64,000 bases of DNA, taken from an uncultured Nitrososphaerota archaeon. GTDB lineage: Archaea; Thermoproteota; Nitrososphaeria; Nitrososphaerales; Gagatemarchaeaceae. The DNA lies in NCBI GenBank assembly GCA_963838925.1, contig CAWISW010000002.1:512001-576000 (forward strand). The letters run 5' to 3'. This document shows, one piece after another, positions 1 through 9,342 of this stretch; within the stretch, counting starts at the first letter, position 1, and the number at the start of each line of letters is the position of its first letter. The notes beneath the pieces are model-generated. The model searched no databases and had not been told where the DNA came from. It was given only the letters and a program-made list of their open reading frames with translations. A program made the translations under genes and the position numbers.

Positions 1-504
1 CTCCTCTACCCCTTCGTCACCGCGTCGACCGCGCTCTTCGTGGTCGGGGTGCTGTTCGGCTACTTCCTCCTGGCGAAGTTCCTCTTCATCGCCCTGGAGC
101 CGTTCTACCAGACCGCTCAGGCGCAGCCCCTGATCAACGTCACGGACTTCTACTCCATCGTCTTCCTCACTGTGGGGATGAGCGGGTTCGCCTTCACGAC
201 CCCCGTCTACGTCTTCATCCTGATACGCTTCAGGATCCTGAGCCCGCAGACCTTCCGCCACAACAGGGTGATCATCTGGGTTGTAGTCTACATCGCCACA
301 GCAATCATAACGCCCGACGGCGGGCCCATCCTCGACATCATCCTCTTCGTCCCCATAATCGTGATGCTCGAGCTCGCCGTGTGGCTGGGGGCGCGCTCGA
401 TCAGGAACCTCGATACCGCTCCCCCCGAGCCCAAGTGCAAGTACTGCGGGACGAAGCTGGGCGGGGCGACCTTCTGCCCGAGCTGCGGACGTGCCGCGGC
501 TTGA
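1..504 (+). CDS. tatC: Sec-independent translocase TatC (5'-partial) with C-terminal zinc ribbon
   Basis: Multi-TM protein with AIITPDGG motif and FTTPV helix; C-terminal CKYCG..CPSCG; frame open to the window edge. Confidence 0.85.
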   Translation, partial: LLYPFVTASTALFVVGVLFGYFLLAKFLFIALEPFYQTAQAQPLINVTDFYSIVFLTVGMSGFAFTTPVYVFILIRFRILSPQTFRHNRVIIWVVVYIATAIITPDGGPILDIILFVPIIVMLELAVWLGARSIRNLDTAPPEPKCKYCGTKLGGATFCPSCGRAAA

Positions 505-555
505 CGCGCGCAGAATGGCTTATACGGGACCGCCCACCGTCGCCTGCTGGGCAAG

Positions 556-1059
556 ATGGCTGACATCCCGTCACGCGAGAACGAGGAGAAGCTGAACTCC
601 GCCGAGGGCTTCGACCAGATATTCGAGCTGGTCAAGAAGTCGGTAGACCGGGTTCTCGGGATACACCGCGCGGGGCTGACCTTGGTCCTTGGAGACATAC
701 CAAACAACGTAGGCGCCTACCACCAGATGGGGTCGAACGCGATCGTCATGAACAGGAACCTGATGAAGATCGTCTGGCGGTCTACTGAATCCAGGGAGCG
801 AAGAAACGCCTACACCTTCATGATCCTGCTGCACGAGTACCTGCACACCTTGGGATTCGAGGACGACGCCCAAGTCAGGGACCTCTCCAGGAGGATCACC
901 GACGCCTACGTAGGCAAGGGGCACATCGCCGGAGAGATGGCCGTGAGCTCGCTCGACAAGTTCTTTCCCGAGATCAGCCAGTATGCGATGTTCCGGGACA
1001 GCGGAGACTTTGAGACGATCCGGAAGTTCGACACCTCAAGCACTTCCTACATCGCCTAG
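556..1059 (+). CDS. Hypothetical zincin-like metallopeptidase
   Basis: HEYLH (HExxH) motif, 167 aa. Confidence 0.6.
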   Translation: MADIPSRENEEKLNSAEGFDQIFELVKKSVDRVLGIHRAGLTLVLGDIPNNVGAYHQMGSNAIVMNRNLMKIVWRSTESRERRNAYTFMILLHEYLHTLGFEDDAQVRDLSRRITDAYVGKGHIAGEMAVSSLDKFFPEISQYAMFRDSGDFETIRKFDTSSTSYIA

Positions 1060-1116
1060 AAACCACAGGAACCCCTATATCCCCAGCCCGAGCGCGCTCG
1101 CCTCAGGTAAACCGTC

Positions 1117-2769
1117 GTGCGCGGCCTGCGAATCCTGGCGGCCTTCGCCGTCCTGCTGGCGACGTACCTCCTAGGCTCGGCCTTCATCGGGACGTCGGCC
1201 GTGATGTACGTCCCATGGTACGCGCTTCTCTCCCTTGGGAGGATAGCGATCGTATACTTCATCGCCCTGGGAGTGGGGCTCGGCTTTGGGATCCTCGCGG
1301 CCACGAACAAGCACGCCGAGAGGGTGCTCGTGCCCTTGTTCGACATCGGGCAGAGCGTCCCGATACTCGGGTACTTCCCGGTCGTACTGACGTTCCTGAT
1401 CCTCGTCTTCCCGCACGGGGTCGGGAACGAGCTCGGGGCCGACTTCTTGCTATTCACCGCCATGGAGTGGGACATCTTCTTCGGGGTCGTCGGCGCGGTC
1501 AAGAACATCCCGAGCTCGGTGGAGGAGGCGGCCCGCGGGTACGGCTTCACGGGCACCAACAACCTGAGATATGTCGTGCTTCCCGCGGTGCTGCCTGCCC
1601 TATTGTCGGCCTCGACGCTGGCCTGGAACGACGGATGGACGTTCGACGTAGCCTCCGAGTTCGTCCGGTTCGCCAACAGCGCGGGAAGCCTCACTACATA
1701 CCAAGTGGCGGGTCTCGGCTCCTACATCGAGCTCGCGACCAACCAGGGGCACGTCGCGGTGTCATGGTACGGCGTGCTCGTGATGGGCGAGATAATCTTC
1801 ATTTCGAACCAGCTGATCTGGCACGCGCTTCAGAACAGGGTGGCTACGCACAAGCCGGTGCTGGCGAGCTTCATAAGGCCCGACCTCCAGTCTCCTTTGC
1901 GCCTCCGGAGGCGCTTCAGGCGGCTCGTGGGGCTGCGCATGAGGCAGGTTGCGCAGACGGTCCGCGTCAGTGAGCAGTTCAGCACCAGGATCCTCGCCGT
2001 CTTCTTCGCGGCCGTGCTCCTGGTGGTCGGGTTCTTGGTCTACGCCCACCTGCCGATAGGAGCGCTCCAAGGGTTTGTGGCCTCCCTGACCAGGAGCGGG
2101 GGGCAGCTGCACAACGTCCCGCTCTACTCGCTCTTCACCGTTGGCAGGCTGTTCGCAGCTTACATCACCTGCGTCGGCATCTCCCTGCTATGCGCAGTGC
2201 TGGCCGTGACCAAGAAGAACTTCACCCGCTACTTCTACCCGCTCTACGACCTCGGAAGGTCCGTCCCGTACCTGGCGGTCTTTCTCCCGCTCTTCGTCAC
2301 GCTTCACGGGTCTCTTCCCGCGGGGGTTAGCCAGGAGATCGCTTCGTTCACGCTCCTGTTGCTGGCGATGGTCTGGTACCTCCTCTTCAACGTCGTGACC
2401 GCGGCGCGTGCCCTCCCGGCAGAGCTGACCGAGGTCTCTGCGGTCTTCGGGCTCAAGGGATGGAAGAGGGTGACCAACATCATCCTTCCGGCGGTGCTGC
2501 CCGCGTTTATCACCGGGTCGCTCCTGGCGTGGGGGGGAGGGTGGAACGTGGTGATATACTCCGAATACGTCCAGCTCGGTACGCAGAGCGCGCCGTTCGT
2601 CGTCCCGGGCCTGGGATACCTCCTCGACAACGCGGCGTACGTGCTCGGTGACATCCCGCTGGTGATCTTCTTCCTCTTCATAATGTCTGGGATAGTGATC
2701 CTCCTGGAGCGGCTCGTCTGGAGGCGTCTCCTGAGGCGCGTGGAGAGGTTCGGAGTGGAGTTCAATTGA
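1117..2769 (+). CDS. ABC transporter permease, NitT/TauT-type, two fused permease domains
   Basis: Two EAA-like loops (EEAARGYGFTG; EVSAVFGLKG), duplicated DIGQSVP/DLGRSVP. Confidence 0.9.
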   Translation: MRGLRILAAFAVLLATYLLGSAFIGTSAVMYVPWYALLSLGRIAIVYFIALGVGLGFGILAATNKHAERVLVPLFDIGQSVPILGYFPVVLTFLILVFPHGVGNELGADFLLFTAMEWDIFFGVVGAVKNIPSSVEEAARGYGFTGTNNLRYVVLPAVLPALLSASTLAWNDGWTFDVASEFVRFANSAGSLTTYQVAGLGSYIELATNQGHVAVSWYGVLVMGEIIFISNQLIWHALQNRVATHKPVLASFIRPDLQSPLRLRRRFRRLVGLRMRQVAQTVRVSEQFSTRILAVFFAAVLLVVGFLVYAHLPIGALQGFVASLTRSGGQLHNVPLYSLFTVGRLFAAYITCVGISLLCAVLAVTKKNFTRYFYPLYDLGRSVPYLAVFLPLFVTLHGSLPAGVSQEIASFTLLLLAMVWYLLFNVVTAARALPAELTEVSAVFGLKGWKRVTNIILPAVLPAFITGSLLAWGGGWNVVIYSEYVQLGTQSAPFVVPGLGYLLDNAAYVLGDIPLVIFFLFIMSGIVILLERLVWRRLLRRVERFGVEFN

Positions 2770-3548
2770 GCACGACCCCGATACTCAGCGTCAAGAACAT
2801 CGTCAAGATCTTTAGGAACGGCTCGGAGGTCAAGGCCATCGACGACGTCAGCTTCGACGTCAACTACGACGAGTTCATCTGCATAATAGGGCCCTCGGGC
2901 TGCGGGAAGTCGACCCTCCTGAGGATAATCGCAGGCCTCGAGACGGCGGACTCCGGCCAGGTGCTCTTCCGCGGCGAGCCCATAACGAAGCCTTCGCCGA
3001 AGGTCACCATGGTGTTCCAAACCTTCGGCCTCCTCCCGTGGAAGACCGCCATGGAGAACGTCGAGCTGCCGATGGAGGTGGTGGGGATAGAGAAGGTCGC
3101 GGCGAGGGCGGCCGCGGAGCGATACCTCAGGATGGTCGGTCTAGGCTCGTTCGAGAACGCCTATCCGCACGACCTCTCGGGAGGCATGCGCCAGCGCGTC
3201 GGCGTCGCGAGGGCTCTGGCGCTTGGGCCGGAGGTCCTCCTCCTGGACGAGCCCTTCTCCGCCCTCGACGAGCTCACCGCCAAGTCCCTCCGCGTGCTGC
3301 TCCTCCAGATATGGAGCGACTCGTCGCTGCCCACGAACAACTTCGTCATGGTCACCCACAACGTGGAGGAGGCGGTAATGATGGCGGACAGGATAATCGT
3401 GATGTCTCCCAGGCCGGGGAGGGTCGTAGGGGAGCTGAAGGTCCCTCTGCCGCGTCCCAGGTTCGAGCACCTCCGCGACCCGCTCTTCTTCCAAACCGTG
3501 GACAAGCTAATGGGCATGCTCTCGGGAACGACCGAAGAGCAGATGTGA
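2766..3548 (+). CDS. ABC transporter ATP-binding subunit (NitT/TauT)
   Basis: GPSGCGKST, LSGGMRQR, LLLDEPF, VTHN. Confidence 0.95.
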   Translation: MSTTPILSVKNIVKIFRNGSEVKAIDDVSFDVNYDEFICIIGPSGCGKSTLLRIIAGLETADSGQVLFRGEPITKPSPKVTMVFQTFGLLPWKTAMENVELPMEVVGIEKVAARAAAERYLRMVGLGSFENAYPHDLSGGMRQRVGVARALALGPEVLLLDEPFSALDELTAKSLRVLLLQIWSDSSLPTNNFVMVTHNVEEAVMMADRIIVMSPRPGRVVGELKVPLPRPRFEHLRDPLFFQTVDKLMGMLSGTTEEQM

Positions 3549-3558
3549 TCGCGGCGGC

Positions 3559-4233
3559 TCAGTGCCGAGGCGTGCGTTCCCTTCGCTCCTTCCTCAGGGT
3601 CCGCGCGAGGAAGGTGAGGGTGCTGCCTCGCTTGTGGTACTTGAAGAGCCTGTGGACGTCGCTGGGCCTGTCGACGTCGAACCCCACGCCCCTGGAGTAG
3701 TACACGGCCACGCGCAGCCTGCGGGAGGTCGCGCTCGCGAAGTGCTTGCGGAAGCTGTCGTCGTCGTAGTGAAGGGGGAGCCCGACACCGCGTGTGAGGA
3801 GCAGCATGTTGGTCCCGTCGAACGTCTCCGAAGGCGAGATCACCACCTGCGCCCCCTCGCGGGCCAGCATGGGACCTGCCTTCAGGTCCTCGACGGAGAG
3901 CAGGGGTAAGTCTGCCGGGATGATCAGCTGCCTGTCGAACGATGCGGTCTCCTCGAGCCCGCGGTTGACGGCCGAGTTCACGCCCGCGTCCCCGGGCTCG
4001 GCGACCGAGTTCGCGCCGAACCGTTTCACGAACTCCAGCACGTCTTCGTCCGAGGATACGACGAACGCGTGGCCTATCATCCTGGCCTTGATCAGGGTCT
4101 GCAGCGTGTCCTCGAGCATCGCGACCTGCAGCTGCCTTCGCTGCTTCGAGTCGAGGAGCGAGGAGAGGCGCCCCTTGGGGTTCTCGCCCTTCACGGGGAT
4201 GACCACCGCGGTTGAGCGGTTTGGGCCCGTCAA
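3559..4233 (-). CDS. cofC: 2-phospho-L-lactate guanylyltransferase
   Basis: VIPVK..PKGRLS, IPADLPLL, DGTNML, FDVDRPSD; in operon with cofD/cofE. Confidence 0.9.
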   Translation of the reverse strand: MTGPNRSTAVVIPVKGENPKGRLSSLLDSKQRRQLQVAMLEDTLQTLIKARMIGHAFVVSSDEDVLEFVKRFGANSVAEPGDAGVNSAVNRGLEETASFDRQLIIPADLPLLSVEDLKAGPMLAREGAQVVISPSETFDGTNMLLLTRGVGLPLHYDDDSFRKHFASATSRRLRVAVYYSRGVGFDVDRPSDVHRLFKYHKRGSTLTFLARTLRKERRERTPRH

Positions 4234-4243
4234 CGGACGCTGC

Positions 4244-5191
4244 TCACGCCTCCATAGCGACCTTCGCCAACCTCACCTCGTCCTCCCGAGTCCTCATTAA
4301 CGTTGAGGTGAAACGGCAAGAGACCCCTAGCCTTTCTATAGAACTTTGCTGCGCGCGGTCGCTCTCGTCCAGCACGAGCACGTCCACGAGCCCCTTGTAG
4401 AGCCTCGCGACGCCCTCGGACGTAGGTCTGAGGTTCTTCGCCGCCATGAGGCGCGCGGCGGGTCCGGAGAACGCCCCCTCGCCCAGCATGGGGGATACCG
4501 CGACCCTCCTCGCCCCGCTATCGGCCAAGGCGTCCCTCAGCCCGGGTATCGACAAGGTCGGCATCACGCTCGTGATGGGGTTCGCGGGGGAGATGATGAC
4601 GCGGTTGGCGGATCTCAGGGAGTCGAGGACCTGCGCGGTCGCTCGCGCCTCCCCCGCGCCTACGTAGCGCACGTCCTTCGGGGTCAGCAGCCCCTTCTCC
4701 TTGACCCAGAACTCTTGGAGGTGCATCTCCCCCCTTTCCGCCGTGACGATTCGGGTCTCGACGTGGCTGTCAGTCGCCGGAAGGACCGTCCAGCGTCTCA
4801 CGCCCAGACCCCGAGCGATGGCGGAGGTCGCCTCCGTGAGGGTCTTGCCCTCCCTCAAGAGCGCCGTCCTGAGCACGTCGGTGGCCATGTCCCTGTCGCC
4901 GATGTTGAACCAGGTGTCTGGGCTACCTAGCGTCTTCAGCTGGCCCAGGGCTTGGAAGGTGTCCCCCGCGATCCCCCACCCTCTCCTCGCGTCCACTATG
5001 CCTGCGAGCGCGTAGGTGACGGTGTCGATGTCGGGACAGACGTAGAGCCCGTGGAACCAGGCGTTGTCCCCGACGTTGGCGACGACTGTGAAGGAGGCGT
5101 GGGCTTGCAGACCCCGGAGGAACTTTGCCGAGCCGGTGCCTCCCGAAAGGGCGACGACGATGTCGGTGCGCCTAGGCGTGCTCTTGCTCAC
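4244..5191 (-). CDS. cofD: 2-phospho-L-lactate transferase
   Basis: LSGGTGSAKF, NVGDN, VCPDIDTV, IGDRD, SPANPITS; GTG start overlaps the cofE stop (GTGA). Confidence 0.92.
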   Translation of the reverse strand: MSKSTPRRTDIVVALSGGTGSAKFLRGLQAHASFTVVANVGDNAWFHGLYVCPDIDTVTYALAGIVDARRGWGIAGDTFQALGQLKTLGSPDTWFNIGDRDMATDVLRTALLREGKTLTEATSAIARGLGVRRWTVLPATDSHVETRIVTAERGEMHLQEFWVKEKGLLTPKDVRYVGAGEARATAQVLDSLRSANRVIISPANPITSVMPTLSIPGLRDALADSGARRVAVSPMLGEGAFSGPAARLMAAKNLRPTSEGVARLYKGLVDVLVLDESDRAQQSSIERLGVSCRFTSTLMRTREDEVRLAKVAMEA

Positions 5192-5946
5192 CTGAAGAGG
5201 TCCGTGCTCCGCTTGCGCACTATGCTCTTGACTCCGGACTCGGCCCGACTGTACTCCACGCCCCTGACCACCGCGACGGGAACGAGGGAGAGCTTCCTCA
5301 TGACGAGCTCCGCCGCGGCCGCGACCTCGTCCACGACCGCCGGCTGCGTCACCCTGAGGACGTAGCCGAACGGGTCCTTCCTCCCCGCGAGCGACTGGGT
5401 CGGTGCGATCCCTGAGCAGCCGATCGCCAAGTCGATCTGACCCTCCCGCCACGGCCTGCCGAAGGTGTCCGTGATGACGACCGCGAGCCTCTTCTTGGTC
5501 GCCCTCTCCAGCCCCAGCCTGATCCTCTTGGCGCTCGCGTCCGGGTCGAGCGGAAGCAGGGCGACATAGCCGCTCTCCACGTTCGACATGTCGATGCCAG
5601 AGTTGGCGCAGACGAAACCGTGCTTGGTCTCTGTTATCAGCACGCCGTGCCCCTTCCTCACCACCCTCCTAGACTCGCGGAGGACGAGCTCGATGACCCG
5701 GGGGTCTTTTCCGAGCTCCCGGGCGAGCTCCGCGGCCCTCTCACCCGGCTTCACTCCTCTCAGCTTGACCAGCCTCCCCTCGCTCTTGGAGACCACCTTC
5801 TGCGTGACGACGACGATGTCGCCCGCGGCGAGTTCGAAGGAGTTGGCGCGCAGCGCCGCGACGACCAGCGAGCTCAGCTCGTCACCCTCCTGTATGCGCT
5901 TGATCCCCGTGACGGGCACGACCAAGACGTTCGAGGGACTGCGCAA
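5188..5946 (-). CDS. cofE: Coenzyme F420-0:L-glutamate ligase
   Basis: VVTQKVVSKSEGR, ANSGIDMSN, TDTFGRPWREGQ. Confidence 0.95.
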   Translation of the reverse strand: MRSPSNVLVVPVTGIKRIQEGDELSSLVVAALRANSFELAAGDIVVVTQKVVSKSEGRLVKLRGVKPGERAAELARELGKDPRVIELVLRESRRVVRKGHGVLITETKHGFVCANSGIDMSNVESGYVALLPLDPDASAKRIRLGLERATKKRLAVVITDTFGRPWREGQIDLAIGCSGIAPTQSLAGRKDPFGYVLRVTQPAVVDEVAAAAELVMRKLSLVPVAVVRGVEYSRAESGVKSIVRKRSTDLFR

Positions 5947-6051
5947 GACGCCTACGGACGCCTGCCAGAAATAGCCCTGCTTATGAAATGTCTCGCATCG
6001 AAATAACTATGGTTATAAGGGTGGGAAGGCTCGGACGGAAGAGGATTCTCT

Positions 6052-8187
6052 ATGGTCAGCAGCGAACAGGTCCTCGAAGCGTTGCGACGAGTAAAGGACC
6101 CCGAGCTCCAGAGGGACGTCGTCTCGCTCGGCATGATAGAGGAGCTCAAGGTCGACGGGGGGGCCGTGTCGTTCACTCTCAACCTCACCACGCCCGCCTG
6201 CCCTCTGCGCGCGGAGCTGGAGGCGGACGTCAAGGCCGCCCTGAGGGCGCTGCCGGGCGTCAAGGACGTGAAGATGAAGACGAGCGCGCACATCCCGGCC
6301 ACTCGCCTCCCAGACCAGGGCGAGGTGATGAAGGGCGTGAAGAACGTCATCGCGGTCGCCAGCGGCAAGGGTGGGGTGGGGAAGACCACCGTCGCGGTCA
6401 ACCTGGCAGTGAGCTTGGCGGCGGCGGGGGCCAGGGTAGGGCTTCTCGACGCCGACATCTACGGGCCCACTGTCCCAGTGATGATGGGCGTGCGGGAGCG
6501 GCCTGGTGCGGTCGGGAACATGATGGTGCCTCCCGCCGCGCACGGGGTGAAGGTGATCTCCCTGGGGTTCTTCTACAAGGACGACACCCCCCTCGTCTGG
6601 CGGGGTCCGATGGTCGCCGGGGCGGTCAAGCAGCTCCTCACTCAGGTGGAGTGGGGCGACCTCGACTACCTCATCGTCGACCTGCCACCTGGGTGCATGC
6701 CTGCCGGCACGTTCGTAATGACCGCCAATAATGCTCCCAAACCTATTGAGAAAATCAAAGTCGGCGACTTCGTCTTCAGCTATGATGGCAACAAACTCGT
6801 CCCGAGACGGGTTCTTGGTGTAGTCCCTCAAGGCAAACAGAAAGTGTTCAAGGTCAAAACACCGAACAGGACTGTGATTGCGAGCGCAAATCATCCCTTT
6901 CTGAAGTATCACCCCAGAGGCAGGCACTATTGGCGTCGGTTGGACCAGCTGAAAACCGGAGACAGAATCATGGTGACGAATTGCATAAGGGGGGGCGTGC
7001 CTCTCAGGCTGCCAGCTTTGGCACACAAGTCAGAGCGCATCTCAATTCCAAGCGTCACGACAAGCGATTTCATGCGAGTGGCGGGCCATTTTCTGGGAGA
7101 CGGATTCGTCAAGAAAGTCAAAGCTCGTAAGAGTCCCGCCGAGCTGAGGATTCGTGAGCCGAAAGGCAGCAAATTCCATGCAAAATACGACTCGCTCTAC
7201 AAGAAGATCTTCGGAGTCAAGACATTCCTCGATAACGACGGACAAAAACTTGCAATATCCTCCGGTGCTATGGCGGAACTCTTCATCGCCTTGGACTTGG
7301 CCCACAGCGCGAGGACGAAGGATGTTCCCGATTGGGTATTCTCGCTGCCACTGGACCAAAGGGTGTCTTTCATTATGGGCTACGCAGAAGCCGATGCGCA
7401 TATCAGACATCGCGAAGGTCAGAAAATGCTGGACGACTCCACCGGGATGAGTAGGTTGGTCTCGATTGTACAAGACACGGTCTCAGTTGGAAGCACCAAT
7501 GAGAATCTGGTCAGACGTCTACACGAGCTTTGTCTGATGAGCGGCCTGCGAGCGAACAACGTCAGGTCGAGAGCAAGAAAGGGAAACCTGTTGAAGTCCG
7601 GACGGTTTATCGGTCCAAGCGTAGAATTTGGGTTTGAGTTTTCTCTTAAGCCTGACACCACCGAGTTCAAGATTGCGAGAATAACCGGAATCCACCCAGC
7701 CGGAGAGGTTGATACATACGACCTGCAGGTCGACGAACACCAAAACTTTGTGGCTAACAGCATCTTAGTCCACAACACCGGGGACGCCTCGCTCACACTT
7801 GCTCAGACCGTGCCGCTAGGAGGTGTCGTGATAGTCACGACCCCGCAGGAGGCCTCCCTCAACATCGCGACAAAGTCACTGGCGATGTTTAGGAAGCTCA
7901 ACGTCCCGATACTGGGGATCGTCGAGAACATGAGCTACTTCACTTGCCCGCGCTGCGGCGAGAAGACCTACATCTTCTCCGAGGGAGGCGGCAAGAGGGC
8001 GGCGAAGGCCCTCGACGCGCAGTTCCTGGGCGAGATACCGATCTACCCGCTGATCAGGGAGCAGTCCGACGCGGGGACGCCTGTGTCCGCGTCAGCGCCC
8101 GATTCGCCTGAGAGCGCCGCGTTCAAGGACATCGCCTTCAAGGTCGCGGGAATGGTCAGCATAGTCGCCTACGAGAACTCGCAGTAG
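6052..8187 (+). CDS. mrp: Mrp/NBP35 Fe-S cluster carrier ATPase with N-terminal DUF59 domain, interrupted by an intein
   Basis: DPEL..LTTPACP (DUF59), SGKGGVGKTT, DADIYGP, WRGPM, DLPPG|TGD, ENMSYFTCPRC. Confidence 0.93.
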   Translation: MVSSEQVLEALRRVKDPELQRDVVSLGMIEELKVDGGAVSFTLNLTTPACPLRAELEADVKAALRALPGVKDVKMKTSAHIPATRLPDQGEVMKGVKNVIAVASGKGGVGKTTVAVNLAVSLAAAGARVGLLDADIYGPTVPVMMGVRERPGAVGNMMVPPAAHGVKVISLGFFYKDDTPLVWRGPMVAGAVKQLLTQVEWGDLDYLIVDLPPGCMPAGTFVMTANNAPKPIEKIKVGDFVFSYDGNKLVPRRVLGVVPQGKQKVFKVKTPNRTVIASANHPFLKYHPRGRHYWRRLDQLKTGDRIMVTNCIRGGVPLRLPALAHKSERISIPSVTTSDFMRVAGHFLGDGFVKKVKARKSPAELRIREPKGSKFHAKYDSLYKKIFGVKTFLDNDGQKLAISSGAMAELFIALDLAHSARTKDVPDWVFSLPLDQRVSFIMGYAEADAHIRHREGQKMLDDSTGMSRLVSIVQDTVSVGSTNENLVRRLHELCLMSGLRANNVRSRARKGNLLKSGRFIGPSVEFGFEFSLKPDTTEFKIARITGIHPAGEVDTYDLQVDEHQNFVANSILVHNTGDASLTLAQTVPLGGVVIVTTPQEASLNIATKSLAMFRKLNVPILGIVENMSYFTCPRCGEKTYIFSEGGGKRAAKALDAQFLGEIPIYPLIREQSDAGTPVSASAPDSPESAAFKDIAFKVAGMVSIVAYENSQ
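6694..7776 (+). mobile_element. Intein (361 aa) with LAGLIDADG homing endonuclease
   Basis: Begins C(MPAGT), block B ASANHPF, AGHFLGDG and MGYAEADA motifs, TYDLQV..VHN followed by +1 Thr; codons visibly more AT-rich than the exteins. Confidence 0.95.
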
Positions 8188-8190
8188 AGC

Positions 8191-8292
8191 TTGGCAGAAG
8201 AACTCTTGAATCGGGACGCGAAGAAGAAGAAAGGGAAGAGGAAGAAGCGCCCTCCGTACCGTAAGTCGTGGTCGCCTCCCAGCAGAAAGTGA
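8191..8292 (+). CDS. Small lysine-rich protein (33 aa, MAEELLNRDAKKKKGKRKKRPPYRKSWSPPSRK)
   Basis: TTG start 3 nt after the mrp stop; fills the intergenic gap; below the ORF-track cutoff. Confidence 0.45.
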   Translation: MAEELLNRDAKKKKGKRKKRPPYRKSWSPPSRK

Positions 8293-8299
8293 ACGTCGC

Positions 8300-8833
8300 T
8301 CATCTTCCTCTCGCGAGGTGGAGCACGTGGGGAACTTCCGGCAGGAACAGCTCCAGCGCTGTCCTAACGGCGTCGGGAGAGCCTGGGAGGCAGACGATGA
8401 GCTTGCCCTTCGCGACCCCAGCGGTCGCGCGGGAGAGGGCAGCTGCAGGCCCGATCTTCTTGTAGCTCACGGCCCTGAAGAGCTCCCCGAATCCATCTAT
8501 CTCTTTCTCGAAGAAAGGCCTCACGGCTTCGATCGTGACGTCCGTCGTCGAGACTCCTGTCCCCCCCGTGAGGACGAGCACGTCCAAGCCTCTCCTTCGT
8601 AGGGCGAGGGAGACGGTGCTCCTCAGGAGCTCGGCGTCGTCGGGAACGAGCTCCCTCCTCTGGACGACTCCCTTGGCTTGCTCGATGATGGCCTGGGCGA
8701 GGTCGCCCGATTCGTCGCCCGGAGCCATCGCCCCCTTCGCGCGAGCCTTGAATCGGCTCGTGCTGACCGTTACGACCTGGTAGCGGAGGCGGCCCTTCGG
8801 CGCCTCGTCCCTGTGCGCCTCAGGAGCGCCCGT
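8300..8833 (-). CDS. moaB: Molybdopterin adenylyltransferase MoaB/MogA (start apparently non-canonical ACG)
   Basis: HRDEAPK..VVTVSTSR, LVPDD, TGGTG, DVTIEA, LSRATAG, LPGSP; conserved N-terminus lies upstream of the first ATG (8728). Confidence 0.85.
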   Translation of the reverse strand, partial: TGAPEAHRDEAPKGRLRYQVVTVSTSRFKARAKGAMAPGDESGDLAQAIIEQAKGVVQRRELVPDDAELLRSTVSLALRRRGLDVLVLTGGTGVSTTDVTIEAVRPFFEKEIDGFGELFRAVSYKKIGPAAALSRATAGVAKGKLIVCLPGSPDAVRTALELFLPEVPHVLHLARGR

Positions 8834-9269
8834 TTCCCTTCACCTTCTCCAAGACTCTGATCCCTTCGATCCTTGCGGTCGGGTACTGGCCCCGACCGTC
8901 CTTCTCGTAGGCCTTCACCACGTCCCAGATGTTCAGGAGCGCGATGCTCACCCCGGTGAGCGCCTCCATCTCGACCCCGGTCTTCTCGTGTGCGGAGACG
9001 GTGACCGTCGCCTCTATCGAGTCGCCCTGCAATGTCTCTACGACTTCAATGTTCTCGACTTTGAGGGGATGGCAGAGGGCTAGCATCTCAGGCGTCTTCT
9101 TGACCGCCAGCATCGCCATGGTCTTTGAGATGGCCAACGGGTCGCCCTTCTCGAGTCTTCCTTGCTTGATCAGCCTCAGAGTCTTGGGGCTGAGGACGAG
9201 CCTGCCTGTGGCCGTGGCCTGCCTGAAGACCACCGGCTTGTGGGAGATGTCCGCCTGCCTGACGCTCAT
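8820..9269 (-). CDS. moaC: Cyclic pyranopterin monophosphate synthase
   Basis: DISHK, KGDPL, VKKT..ALCHPL, KTGVEMEAL, WDVVKA. Confidence 0.95.
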   Translation of the reverse strand: MSVRQADISHKPVVFRQATATGRLVLSPKTLRLIKQGRLEKGDPLAISKTMAMLAVKKTPEMLALCHPLKVENIEVVETLQGDSIEATVTVSAHEKTGVEMEALTGVSIALLNIWDVVKAYEKDGRGQYPTARIEGIRVLEKVKGNGRS

Positions 9270-9342
9270 GAGATGGAGGGCCAGGCGCTCGTTCCGGAAT
9301 TTAGGCTTTCTTTCCCTGACCGAGGGGCGCCGCCAGACCGGC

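Noticed and set aside
8832-8838. G-GGA-AAC slippery heptamer at the moaC 3' end as a -1 frameshift into moaB
   Set aside because: moaB is in the +1 frame relative to moaC, so a -1 shift would not reach it
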